The position numbers were made by a program, and so were the translations under genes. Of a DNA stretch of 64,000 nt, positions 1 to 11,649 are shown one piece after another. The stretch is taken from positions 15,004,001 through 15,068,000 of the forward strand of contig NC_135656.1 of the NCBI RefSeq assembly GCF_964188315.1, in the 5' to 3' direction. The stretch is from Podarcis muralis (taxonomy: Eukaryota). The notes beneath the pieces were generated by a model, which saw only the letters and a program-made list of their open reading frames with translations, did not search any database and had not been told where the DNA came from. Each line of letters begins with the position of its first letter. Position 1 is the stretch's first letter.

Positions 1-917
1 CCGGGGATCCCTTCCTAGGGGATTGTTTTTGTCGAAGACCCTCCCCCTACATCATTTAGTAAAGTGCTAAGGTAACCTCTCTGAGGAATCATCAGTAGCT
101 TGAGAAGCCAATGGCGGCCTAGGAAACACCATCGGCATAATTAAGTTCACATGCTGCGGCCTGAGAGAGATCTGTTCCGAAGCGAGAGTCCGACAAGGTG
201 CTCTCAGTGCTAGGCTGCGGCTGCAGCCAGGAAGAAAGCTCAGCGTTGAAAGTCTTTGGAGCTTTAAGCCGGATGGTTAAAGTGCACATCTTCAAATTTG
301 TAAAAGCCAGCATCAGATATTTTAGGCAAAAGAGCTACCGCATTTCATTTTTATTTTGGAAATATACAAAATGTAAACAAACCAAATGCAGTGGGACCTC
401 GGGTTACAGATGCTTCAGGTTACAGACTCTGCTAACCCAGAAATATTACCTCGGGTTAAGAACTTTGCTTCAGGATGAGAACAGAAATTGTGCAGCGGTG
501 GCGCGGTGGCAGTGGGAGGCCCCATTAGCTAACGTGGTGCTTCAGGTTAAGAACAGTTTCAGGTAAAGAACGGACCTCCGGGACGAATTAAGTTCTTAAC
601 CCGAGGTACCACTGTACATCTCCATATATAGAGATTCTCTGAATCTCACTACATCCCCTTCGTGGGTCTTGTTCTCAACTTTTATAACTGCATATTATTC
701 CATAATCTATATTTTATATCAGTCCATATTCTCCATAGTATTATCCATAGTGAAATTAAAATCGTGCTAATGTTTCCATCTGCTTGCATTGTCTCCTAAA
801 TAAATTTCCCCCATAAGCTACCGCATTTCAGATCCCATGTCATTGGAATCCATTTCCTAAATGGATGTGTTTCTGAGCACAATTCAGAATGTTGGTGCTC
901 AGCTTTAAAGCCTAAAT

Positions 918-1053
918 CAGGCATAGGCAACCTTCGACCCTCCAGATGTTTTTGCCTACAACTCCCATGATCCCTAGCTAATAGGACCAGTGGTCAGGGA
1001 TGGTGGGAATTGTAGTCCAAAACATCTGGAGGCCCGAAGGTTGCCTATGCCTG
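918..1053. mobile_element. hAT-like MITE inserted in an L2 fragment
   Basis: TIR CAGGCATAGGCAACCTTCG; imperfect 8-bp TSD GCCTAAAT/CCCTAAAC. Confidence 0.75.
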
Positions 1054-1445
1054 CCCTAAACGGCCTCAGCCCAGTATACCTGAAGGAGCGTCTCCACCCC
1101 CATTGTTCTGCCCAGACACTGAGGTCCAGCTCCGAGGGCCTTCTGGTGGTTCCCTCACTGCGAGAAGTGAGGTTACAGGGAACCAGGCAGAGGGCCTTCT
1201 CGGTAGTGGCACCCACCCTGTGGAATGCCCTCCCACTAGATGTCAAGGAAATAAGCAACTATCTGACTTTTAGAAGACAACTGACGGCAGCCCTGTTTAG
1301 GGATGCTTTCAACATTTGACCCTCGTAGTGGTGCCACAATAAAACTACTAGCACATTTGCAAAGCTAAGCAGGGACCAGTATGGTTTCAAGTTGGATGGG
1401 AGACTCCATGGTGAGATTCCTGCATTGCAGGGAGCTGGACTAGAT

Positions 1446-1644
1446 CAGGGTGCCCAAACTTTTTCCAAAGAGGGCCAGATTTGATGAAGTGAACATGCGT
1501 GAGGGCCAACCAAAGTCGTTGTGCTTTTTTTTAGGGTTGAAATTGCTGAGCTTTTTTATCCCAGGACATATACTGCCATGGGGACAGGTTTAAATTGACT
1601 GGCAGACCGGATTAGGCCTCCAAAACAGACTTTGGACATTCCTG
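1446..1644. mobile_element. hAT MITE
   Basis: CAGG...CCTG ends, exact 8-bp TSD GACTAGAT. Confidence 0.82.
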
Positions 1645-3903
1645 GACTAGATGACCCTTGGGGTCCCTTCCAAGTCTTCAGTTATATGATTTTTAATATT
1701 TTTGTAAGTGTTGGAAGCCACCCAGAATGGCTGGGGCAACCCAGCAAAATGGGCAGAGTATAAATATAGTGGTACCTCGGGATGCGAACGGGATCCGTTC
1801 TGGAGCCCCGTTCGCATCCTGAATAGAACGTAAGATGCGACTGCGTGGGATGCGGTTTGCTGCTTCCGTGCATGCGCGTGATGTCAATTTGCGCGTCTGC
1901 GCATGCGCGAGTGGTGAAACCTGGAAGTAACACACTCGGTTACTTCTGGGTTGCCGCGGAGCGTAACTTGAAAACGCTCAACCTGAAGCACATTCAACCC
2001 GAGGTATGACTGTAACAGCATCATCATCATCATCATTAGCCCAGGGCATCCAGGCAGCTGGGATTTTATAGCCTTGGTTGAGACTTGGCTTGCTTTCAGT
2101 AGGGACCAGTCAAGTGGGAGAAGTTATGGATCACTGTTTTTAACTACGCTTCCTTTTCTTGGTGTAAACAGCAACGCTTTTTTAAAGAACCGACCACAAC
2201 TTTGGATCGCGTGGTGCAAAGGAAAAAGGGACCTGGTTCATGTATTGCAGCTACCAAGCATATGTATACAGTGGTACCTCGGGTTACATACGCTTCAGGT
2301 TAGACTCCGCTAACCCAGAAATAGTACCTCAGGTTAAGAACTTTGCTTCAGGATGAGAACAGAAATCGTGCGACGGCGGCGGGAGGCCCCATTAGCTAAA
2401 GTGGTACCTCGGGTTAAGAACAGTTTCAGGTTAAGAATGGACCTCAGGAACAAATTAAGTTCCTAACCCGAGGTACCACTGTACTATGCTTGGAATTGCG
2501 TGTCCAAAGTGAGCGTTTTATTGGAAGGCTCCCATTGTCTTCATTTTTCCAAAGCTCCCCCCCCCCCGAGTCCCATTTATTTGTTTACCCACCCGCCCAT
2601 TTTAATTTATTTATTTACTCGGCCGGGAGTGGGGTGGGGGTAGCGATGAGAGCACCCTCTCTGCGGACCTTTCGCCTAATTGTGGCACTTTTTAATATAT
2701 AATGGGGAGTAAATGAAGGCAGGCGGTCGGAGAAAGCCCGGTTAAAGCTGCCATTTAAATCCTCCTGTGTAAGTTTTGATATCCAGAGTGAAAGTACAAA
2801 TGCCGTATAAGTCAATTAAAGCATTAGGTAATCTAATTGTACTGCGGCCACAAAGTGGCTTAGAGGCTGAATGGCAATGCTAAACCACAACCCACACTTC
2901 AGCATTCTGCCCCCCTCACCCCTCCCAGGGCCCTTTGTGAATGAGCAGAGAAAGGGGGGACCCTGGAGAAGGAGGGGGGCTGGGGTAGTGGATCTGGTGA
3001 GCGAATGCACACACACAAACACAACCCACACACGCCAACAATGCTAAGGAAGGGATCTGGAAATGAAAAAACTAGAAAATTTCCCAGAGAGTGGGATATA
3101 TGCAGAGTTTATGTAAAAGAACATTGTCAAGAGATCAGTCCGTTGGCAGGTTTTGGTTGTGCTTCGGTGTGCAAATAGGATAATTATATAAAACAAAATT
3201 CCTAGTAAGTCAAATAATATGGAGAAAGTAAATTTTAAGCGCGTGTTCAAGGAATTTTAATCGGGAAAGGCAAGGGGAAGATCGGAGCTCTTGACAAATT
3301 TAATCACAAAGCGTGTACAAAGCAAGCATTGGTTAACGAATGAATAACTGTCCATTTTTTATTTCTCATGTTGCCTATAATATCTGTTATAAAGTTTTCA
3401 ATCCATAACGCATTCAAAACACACATACACACAGGAAATGAAAAACTAAGATTGCAAGGTCTCTCTTTTTTTGCAAGGATCCTGCCAATCTCTATAATGC
3501 GATACGTGCTTCTGCTTCTTCGTTCTGTTTATCCTCCCCTCCTCCTCCTCCGCTTCTCTCGCGCTCCCTTTCTCTGGAGCCTCGAGGTTTTGGAATTTGC
3601 TCGGCCCCACAGCAAGACTCCTGAAATGTCTCTCCTCATTAGATCAGGAGGGCCAGAGGAAGCCACGGGGCAGGGGCAGAAACACCCCAGCACAATTAAA
3701 GTTACTTAGGTCGGGGGAAACTGGTGATGCATTCCTCCAGCTCTGCCCTTGATTGCTTCATTGTGTGCATTCCGGCCGCCTGCTTGCTATGAAGCAGCTG
3801 AGACCAGGAGGGAGGAGGAGGAGGAGGAGGAGGAGGAAGGGGGCTTTGAGTCCCCCTGCAAGCGTTTCAAGCCGGCATGGCTGCCTTCTGTGTCTAAAGC
3901 AGG

Positions 3904-4059
3904 CAGTGGCGTAGCGTGGGTTGTCAGCACCCGGGGCAAGGCAAGTAATTTGCGCCCCCTAACCCGTGGATTTGCGCCCCTAACCCGTGGATTTGCCCTA
4001 ACCCCAGATGTTGCGCCCGGTGCGGCCGGCCCCCCTGCACCCCCCACGCTACGCCACTG
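3904..4059. mobile_element. hAT MITE
   Basis: 17-bp TIR CAGTGGCGTAGCGTGGG; exact 8-bp TSD AAAGCAGG (3896-3903, 4060-4067); internal ~20-bp repeats with a CCCTAA core. Confidence 0.88.
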
Positions 4060-4146
4060 AAAGCAGGCCCCCACTTTGTGTAGGAACATGGTTGCCTGAT
4101 CGAGTAACTCAGGTTAACAATAATACTAATACTAATAATAATAATA

Positions 4147-4388
4147 CAGTGGTACCTTGGGTTACATACGCTTCAGGTTACATACGCTTCAGGTTACAGA
4201 CTCCGCTAACCCAGAAATAGTACCTCGGGTTAAGAACTTTGCTTCAGGATGAGAACAGAAATCGTGTGGCGGTGGCGTGGCGGCAGCAGGAGGCCCCATT
4301 AGCTAAAGTGGTGCTTCAGGTTAAGAACAGTTTCAGGTTAAGAACGGACCTCCAGAACGAATTAAGTTCTTAACCCGAGGTACCACTG
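4147..4388. mobile_element. Tigger/pogo-like MITE with CAGTGGTACCTC TIR (related copies 389-614, 1769-2012, 2269-2481, 4612-4834, 15413-15643, 15644-15884, 28860-29099, 31382-31595, 32206-32794, 43880-44121, 49861-50091, 53116-53570)
   Basis: TA|CAGTGGTACC...GGTACCACTG|TA termini and high mutual similarity. Confidence 0.88.
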
Positions 4389-6819
4389 TAATAATAATAA
4401 TAATAATTTTCAAGTTTTTAATTTGTGCCAGGCATATATCTTTCAGGAAGCGGAAAAATGCCCTAGCATAACGCCGTACACCAGTGGCTCTCAAAGGATG
4501 ACAATTGTGGCGGGAAGATTCAAGGACAATCAATGTTATATTTTGGGAAGACTTTGTGTTCTTATGTAGCTGCATTGCTTTATATTTCCCGGATATCCCA
4601 CAATTATATTATAGTGGTACCTTGGGTTAAGTACTTAATTCGTTCTGGAGGTCCGTTCTTAACCTGAAACTGTTCTTAATCTGAAGCACCACTTTAGCTA
4701 ATGGGGCCTCCTGCTGCTGCCACACCACCAGAGCACGATTTCTGTTCTTAACCCGAGGTACTATTTCTGGGTTAGTGGAGTCTGTAACCTGAAGCGTATG
4801 TAACCTGAAGCGTATGTAACCTGAGGTACCACTGTATATCTTTCAGGAAGCGGAAAAATACCCGATCATAACGCCGTACACCAGTGGTTCTCAAAGGATG
4901 ACAATTATAGCGGGAAGATTCAAGGACAATCAATATTATAATTTGGGAAGAATTCATTTTCTTATGTAGCTGCGTTGCTGGATATCCCACAATTATATTA
5001 TAATGTAGCTGGGTTATGTGTTACAAATCAAGCACTGCTAGGAGTTGTATCTCTCTCTTCCTCCCGCCACAAAATGTATTTCTTATCAATTAAAAAAGAA
5101 CAACAGTGTTGCACAAGCAAATTTTTATTCTGAAAGTGTGGCTCCGAGGGAAAACAATGGTGCCTGCATGTGTGCAAATAGTAAAAAAAATCCAAAATAA
5201 TAATAATAACCACCCTCTTTGATAGTGATAGATTTTAAGAATAGCAGAAACAATCCTGAAGAAATTGGTCCAGTTGCCAAGACAGGCAGTTCCCTGGGGA
5301 GTTTGATCCGGGGAGCTGCAATGAGAAGGCTGGTAATGAGGGTGTCAGGAGCTTCCCTTGAAAGACAGCTTGGTTGTTACTGCTGATTTCCCCCTGTAGC
5401 CAGTAGCTGCAGGGAGGAGATCTGGTGTCGCCACACTGTTAGGAGCAATCCTAAATCTTTACCCCTTCCTTTAAAGTCTTTCCCCCTCCCAACACTTCTG
5501 TGTTAGGCAGATGGGTCTGGGGCCGCCATTTTAACTCCCCACAATTCCCCCTAGTGGGACATTGTTCCGGAGCACCCTGGGAAATTAAAACGATGTCCGC
5601 CTCCCAGTAGAGATCTGGCAGCTGCCATTTTGATTCCTCACAATTCCCCGCCAGTGTCGCATCATTTATTTATACTTTTCAAGTTTATACATTTCCTTAG
5701 TTTTACAGTCAATTTGACATTTCTAAGTTTGACTTCCTTCCCCCTCTTTCTGCGGTTCCTTAAATTAATTTTCTGCATATCCAAATTAACTTAATTTGCT
5801 CATTTAATTATCTACTTTAAATATATACTCTTATGAAACTGCAGGTTATTACCATAATCCTGCCAATGTTTTTATCTGTAAATATTCAGTAAACCATTTC
5901 CATTCTTTTATAAAAAGAATTTCTTATTCTTCCGGTAAGTTTCGCCATTTCTGCATATTCCGTAAGTTTTTGTATCCATTCTTCCTTTGCTGGGACTTCT
6001 GCTTCTTTCCATTTTGGGGGCAAGTAGCATTCTTGCTGTTGTAGTAGCATACATAAATAAATTCCTATACAATTTAGGTAGTTCTGATCCTATTATTCCC
6101 AAAAGACAAAATCTTTTTATATATATTAGTTTTTATTAGTTTTACATATAATCACATTACACAGTAATATATCTTCTTCTTATAACTCTTTGGGCTCAAC
6201 TGAGCCTATCAACTTCCTTCCCTCCCGCCTAATAAAATTAAATTTTGCATCTTTACCTTTCACTTTATTTCCTATCCTTGTTACCTAAAATATTAAATTA
6301 CTCAACCTGAATAGGTAGCAATTTCATCTTACACATCTTCAGCTACCGTATTTTTCCGTCTATAAGACGCCCCCATGTGCAAGATGCCCCCTATTTTGGG
6401 GGACTCCAGTTTAAGAAAATGGGGGGAAGATGGCCTCCGTGCATAAGACGCCCCCACATTTTTGACATTATTTTTAATGGAAAAAAACCTAGTCTTACAC
6501 ATGGAAAAATACGGTAACCCTGCTAGTGATGTTAATTTCTTACAGTTGTCTTTCAAATGTAATATAGATTTATTCCAGTCTTTTTGGAATGCTTGGTATC
6601 GCTGCTTCTGGATTCTTCCCGTCAGTTTTGCCAGTTCTGCAAAGTCCATCATTTTCATCTGCCACTCATTGGTAACTCCTGTTGTTTCCATTTTGGGGCT
6701 AACAAAATTCTTGCTGCAGTTGTTGCATATAATATTTTTTTTTATCTTGTCTATACCCAATTAAAAAAGCTTCTGGTTTTTTAACAAAAGTGTTTTTAAA
6801 CATTTTCTTTAACTCATTA

Positions 6820-7072
6820 CCGTGTTTTTCGCTCGATAAGACACACTTTTTCCCTCCTAAAAAGTAAGGGGAAATGTGTGTGCGTCTTATAGAGCGAATG
6901 CAGGCTTCGCATGGCTATCCCAGAAGCCAGAACAGCAAGAGGGATCACTGTGCAGCGATCCCTCTTGCTGTTCTGGCTTCTGGGATTCAGAATATTTTTT
7001 TTCTTGTTTTCCTCCTCCCAAAAACTAGGTGCGTCTTATGGTCTGGTGTGTCTTATAGAGCAAAAAATACGG
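6820..7072. mobile_element. CCGTATTT-TIR MITE family (other copies 6346-6514, 11897-12155, 19102-19360)
   Basis: Shared TIRs, TA flanks and near-identical internal sequence. Confidence 0.85.
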
Positions 7073-7145
7073 TATATATCACCCCAAAGGAAAAAAACTA
7101 ATCCTGGTTTTCTTTGCTGCTTTTTCCCTAGCTCTTTTGTCAAAC

Positions 7146-9299
7146 ATGCACTGGACACCCGAGCATGCTCAGCCCCTGAACCAGTGGCCGGAGCAGCACC
7201 TTGATGTCTCCTCCACAACCTCATCGCCTGCCCACAAGTCGGACCTCTACCACAGCAGCCGGCAGCGCTTCAACTACGCCTGGGCCAACGATGACATCTC
7301 TGCCCTGACCGCCTCCAACCTGCTGAAGAGGTATGCCGAGAAGTACTCCGGAGTACTGGACTCCCCTTATGACAGGCCGCCGGGGCTCAACACCTACGGG
7401 GATGGCGCCTTTGGGCCCCTCAACGGCCAGAAGGGAGAGATGGAGCCTTGGCCGATGGCGCACAGCTCAGAGGGGGCTTACCCTTTGACCCCGATGCACG
7501 ATGGGTTGCCCACCTCCAAGGGGATCATCCCTCCTGCCGTCACCCCAGGGAACAGCCTCGGGACCTCCCCGGTGGTCTCCAGCAATCTGTCGGACTCCAT
7601 TTACCCCAGTAACACATGCGGGGGACCCCCAACTTCTGGCAGTCTTGGTCCATCTCAGGAGTACCCTTCAGGCTACAGTGGGGCCTACCTGCCATCGGGC
7701 TACTGCAGCCAACCTGCCTCGGCGCTTCCGCCTCCACACCCGTCCACCTTGCATAGCTCAGGCCTCCTTCAACCCAGCCACCCTTCCACGGCGCTCGTCC
7801 CCAGCTACAGCTCCTCAGGACCCATGTACAATTACACCTCAGGCAGCTACCCACCCCAGCCTGGCTATGGCACCATTCACCCTCCCCACCCGTCAGCCTC
7901 GTATTTGCCCTCGGGCATTGCTGCCCCCACCCCCATCCCTCCCTCCTCTCGGCCCCCTGTCGTCCCTGGGTACAGCTACCAGAGCCCCCTCGCTGTGCCA
8001 CCCCTCAGCGGTGAGTCGGGGAGCTCTCTGAAAAGGAAGGCCTTTGATCTCGCCGGCGGTGAGGATGACGGCGAAGGCCGGTATCGCAAATACAGCTATG
8101 AGCAACCAAAGTCTCCATATCAGATGTCTGACAGTGGTGAATGTAGAGGAAATGGGTTCAGCCACAGCTCTGAGGTGCCTTTCAAAGGGGGGAAGAGGCC
8201 TGCAGGCGTGGCAGCCACCACCGTGGCTTCCGAGGAGCCTGTGGGGAAGTACAACAGCCAGCCCATGAAAGGCCTGGTGTCTACAGCTTACAGCGTGGGT
8301 GAAGCCCCGCTGAGGCCTAGCGAGACCTTTGAGAAGTTCACCCCTCCGGCTGCCAATGGGGAACATGGAGGAGAGTCCTTTGCCCTCAGGATGCAGCCCA
8401 AGCCGCCACCCTTCAGCAGCGACAACAGCAGCCAGACTGTGGAAGAACAGCTGAAAGCCATGGACCCGTTTGTTCTGGAGCTTGTGAACAACAAGATCAT
8501 TGATTGCGGTCCTCCAGTTCAGTGGACAGACATCGCAGGGCAAGTCTCTGTCAAAGCTGCCATCGAGGAAGAGCTGGTGTGGCCCATCTTGAGGCCAGGG
8601 GCTTACACGGGGGCAAGCCGGCCACCCAAAACCATCCTTCTCTTTGGACCTCGCGGTGTCGGGAAGACCCTGTTGAGCAGGTGCGTTTGCACCCAGCTGG
8701 GGTCCACCCTGATGAAGCTCAGTGGGACAGCCTTGGTCTCCAAGTGGAAGGCAGAAGCCGAGAAGATCCTGCAGGCCACCTTCTTCGTGTCCAACTGCCG
8801 GCAGCCGGCGGTCGTTCTCCTCACCGACGTGGAATCCCTCCTGGAAGACGCCGCTGTCCTGAAGTCCCAGCTCCTTTCCTACCTGGATAACCTTGCTACC
8901 TCAGGCGAGCAGAACGTCGTGGTCATAGCAACCACCACCAGGCCTGGCAACCTGGACGAAGCCACCCAGAGGAGGTTTGCCAAGCGCTTCTACATCTCCC
9001 CGCCAGACAGCGTTGCCAGGCGTCAGATCCTGCAGCATGCTTTAGCCCAGCAAAACTACTGCCTCAGCGAGAGGGAGATGGCCTCCATTGTCCAACTCAC
9101 CAAGAGCTATTCCGGCAGCGAGCTCCTCCACCTCTGCCAGCAGGTTGCGTCCAGCAAGCTGCAGAGCTTGCCGGGGCAGCTTCAGCCCACCTCCTACAAG
9201 GATTTCGAAAGCGTTTTCTGCAAAATCCACCCTGCCGTCTCTCAGAAGGAGCTGGACTTGTACGTGGAGTGGGATAAAATGTATGGGTCGCAGCACTAG
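7146..9299 (+). CDS. FIGNL2: Fidgetin-like protein 2 (AAA+ microtubule-severing family), single large coding exon
   Basis: N-terminus MHWTPEHAQPLNQWPEQHLDVSSTT and DDISALTASNLLKRYAEKYSGVLDSPY are FIGNL2-type; Pro/Ser/Tyr-rich linker; AAA module with Walker A GPRGVGKT (8646-8669) and Vps4_C-like tail DFESVFCKIHPAVSQKELDLYVEWDKMYG. Acceptor: CTAAT branch point 7098-7102, pyrimidine tract, AG 7130-7131. I use ATG 7146 rather than the TTG 7137 of the ORF track. Confidence 0.96.
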   Translation: MHWTPEHAQPLNQWPEQHLDVSSTTSSPAHKSDLYHSSRQRFNYAWANDDISALTASNLLKRYAEKYSGVLDSPYDRPPGLNTYGDGAFGPLNGQKGEMEPWPMAHSSEGAYPLTPMHDGLPTSKGIIPPAVTPGNSLGTSPVVSSNLSDSIYPSNTCGGPPTSGSLGPSQEYPSGYSGAYLPSGYCSQPASALPPPHPSTLHSSGLLQPSHPSTALVPSYSSSGPMYNYTSGSYPPQPGYGTIHPPHPSASYLPSGIAAPTPIPPSSRPPVVPGYSYQSPLAVPPLSGESGSSLKRKAFDLAGGEDDGEGRYRKYSYEQPKSPYQMSDSGECRGNGFSHSSEVPFKGGKRPAGVAATTVASEEPVGKYNSQPMKGLVSTAYSVGEAPLRPSETFEKFTPPAANGEHGGESFALRMQPKPPPFSSDNSSQTVEEQLKAMDPFVLELVNNKIIDCGPPVQWTDIAGQVSVKAAIEEELVWPILRPGAYTGASRPPKTILLFGPRGVGKTLLSRCVCTQLGSTLMKLSGTALVSKWKAEAEKILQATFFVSNCRQPAVVLLTDVESLLEDAAVLKSQLLSYLDNLATSGEQNVVVIATTTRPGNLDEATQRRFAKRFYISPPDSVARRQILQHALAQQNYCLSEREMASIVQLTKSYSGSELLHLCQQVASSKLQSLPGQLQPTSYKDFESVFCKIHPAVSQKELDLYVEWDKMYGSQH

Positions 9300-10560
9300 C
9301 GGAGAGTGACCGGCTTTTTCTTTTTCGATGGTCTCGGGTCTCTCTGAGTGGAAGCTGTCGGGAGATTCAATTTGTTTCTCTTTCTTTTGCTGTTAAAAGC
9401 TTTGTCGCTCTGCCTGCCTGCCTATGAAAAGCAGGCGATGGGTGAGGAGTCGTCTGTTAGAAAGTCACACCTAATTTTGGATGCAAGGACTTCCCCTAGA
9501 TTGATTTGCGTACATTTCCCCCCCCCCCTAAAAAATGTCTGAAATTTTGACTGTGTGGTGGTTGTTGGGTCTCTATGTTTATGAAAAGTAGTTGCTGAAT
9601 GAACTCAGGATAACCTATTTATTATTAATCTGTTCCCCCAGTCATCCCTTTCTGTACCAGCATTGTAAAGTATTCAGCCAGGTATTGTCCCCTTCCCAAC
9701 TCTTTTTAACACTGTACCTCCTGGTTATTTCTGTAGAGTTCTTAACTTCCATGGAAATGGCACGATGCTGTCATTCACTGCTTTATACTCTGATACAAAC
9801 TCATTTCCAGGGGCATAATTTAGCCCTTGATGTCCTTCAAAGCCATCAAGAGCATCGTTGCTAAAGCAGATGGCATCAATGGGTTTTAAGGGAAGGCTTT
9901 TGGGATATTTTTTTTTTAATGTAGATTGTTTATTAAACTAGCATCCTTTTTATTTTTGTAATGTATGTAGTGGGTTCTCTTTTCCTTTTTTAACTACTCA
10001 GGAAAAATAATTTACCTCAAAACAAGAAGAAGAAAAAAAAAGAATGTTTTTTTTGTTGTTTTTTTAAACTCAAGGAAAATAAAATATGACCTGGAGGGAT
10101 TTCAAATGTGTTTTAACACACACTTGATTCCCGTTTTAAAAGCAAAAGGTAAGGAGAGGGAAAAAAAGAACAAGAATAAACTTGAAGTCGTTACAAAGAT
10201 GAAAGTTGAATGTATTTCAGGGGCGTTTCACAATATATTATGTCATAACTTTATTTTTATTTTTTAAAGAAAACATTTTTACCATAGCGTTTTGGTGGAG
10301 TAAATGTCTTCAAAGGATAAGTATTAGTGCTGTAGTTTTGAAGCCATGGCTAGTACCACCTTTTGAAGGAATGTTTCTATTCATTTCCAAATTCTAGGTT
10401 GCCAATCCATTTCCCTTTGGTTGTGGCCTCTGATAGGACCTCTCGAGCTTTGTCACAGCAAGAAAAAAGCCCCCAAACCACTAGTTCTCAAACTTCTCCA
10501 AGTATAATTTATGGGGAAGCAAATAAAACAGGTGCAATTGCATTATTACAATTACATTTT
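9300..10560 (+). other. FIGNL2: Probable FIGNL2 3' UTR with candidate poly(A) signals
   Basis: Transposon-free, U-rich stretch after the stop codon; AATAAA at 10078-10083, 10175-10180 and 10522-10527. Confidence 0.55.
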
Positions 10561-10967
10561 TAAAGTCTGTGTGTATGTGAAGAGAGGAAAGCAAACGTAC
10601 ATTTCAGCATTCGATGTAGGGCTTCCCAGACTTGGGTCTCCAGCTGTTTTGGACAATAATTCCCTTTGTCCCTGATCATTGGTCTTGCCAGCTAGGGATG
10701 ATGGGAGTTGTAGTCCCAAGTCTGGGAAACACTGGTTTTTAATGGATGAGCCTAAAGACATTCATCTCATGGAGCTTAGTTTGCCCTGTGAAGGCGCCGC
10801 TCAGCCTTGACTGCCTGTAATACACAGCAGAATACACTTTTGTTCACCTGTGGACGCATTGTCCTCATTTACTTTGTCATAGCCTACAATAAGTTGCCAT
10901 CTTGGTGTGTTCAAAGGGAGCTTCACCAGTTGCAACATGTGAACTGGCAGTCTAGGCTTTAACATTC

Positions 10968-10970
<3 letters not shown>

Positions 10971-11013
<43 letters not shown>
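10971..11013. repeat. (GT)n microsatellite; others include (GAAA)n 11607-11648, (AAC)n 13185-13226, (AAT)n 18066-18115, 28605-28640 and 29709-29760, (GT)n 19392-19433, (ATT)n 31200-31257, (AT)n 56918-56953 and 59924-59966, (CT)n(CA)n 60649-60734
   Basis: Seen directly. Confidence 0.97.
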
Positions 11014-11016
<3 letters not shown>

Positions 11017-11604
11017 AACTCAAGGTGCATCCATTCATAAATTACTTCATAAAGGTGCAACCATTAATAAATTACTTCATATGGATATTGAGAGGGCTTT
11101 AGGCCCAACCTAGCACCCCAAATTCAGTACTAACCAATGGTTATAACTAACGTCCCATTTGCTTTCTGAAAACATGTCTTTATCGAGTCACTCTTGGTCT
11201 TCTGCATTCTTCTCTGTTTCTGTTCTCCATCCTTTCTCCCGCCTCCTATTTACCTGCTTCCCTTAGAAACCAACTGTTGACCCCATTTTAAGTGTCCATA
11301 GTTCACAGGTTTAGGCTTTGACCCGAAAGATACAGTCCTATGCATGGTGTGGATTTATTTCAGAGTCCAAAAACTCTGAAATATACCAGAAAATATACCA
11401 GAAAAGGAAGTATACCAGAGTATACTCACTTCCTTTTAAAGGCCAATAATAATAATAATTGTATGTGGTTTCCCTTTTAAGGATTTCTCACTTGAATATA
11501 TTACAAGTGTGTAAGGAAAGTCTGCAAGCTGTTTTCGGGATAAGCTGGTGAAATATTAAGTTGAATGGTATGTCCATAATTTTTGCAGAGTAAGCTTGAG
11601 GGAG

Positions 11605-11649
<45 letters not shown>

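Noticed and set aside
84-125. ATCAGTAGC resembling the FIGN upstream coding exon (MISS...), plus a CCAAT/YY1-like motif
   Set aside because: The preceding codon is ATC not ATG and no suitable donor follows; too short to support an exon call.
3749-4089. Poly-Glu / poly-Ser ORFs
   Set aside because: Produced by a (GGA)n microsatellite plus a hAT MITE.
7221-9309. Overlapping and antisense ORFs within FIGNL2 (and likewise within TMDD1)
   Set aside because: Expected in GC-rich coding sequence; no recognisable motifs or independent signals.
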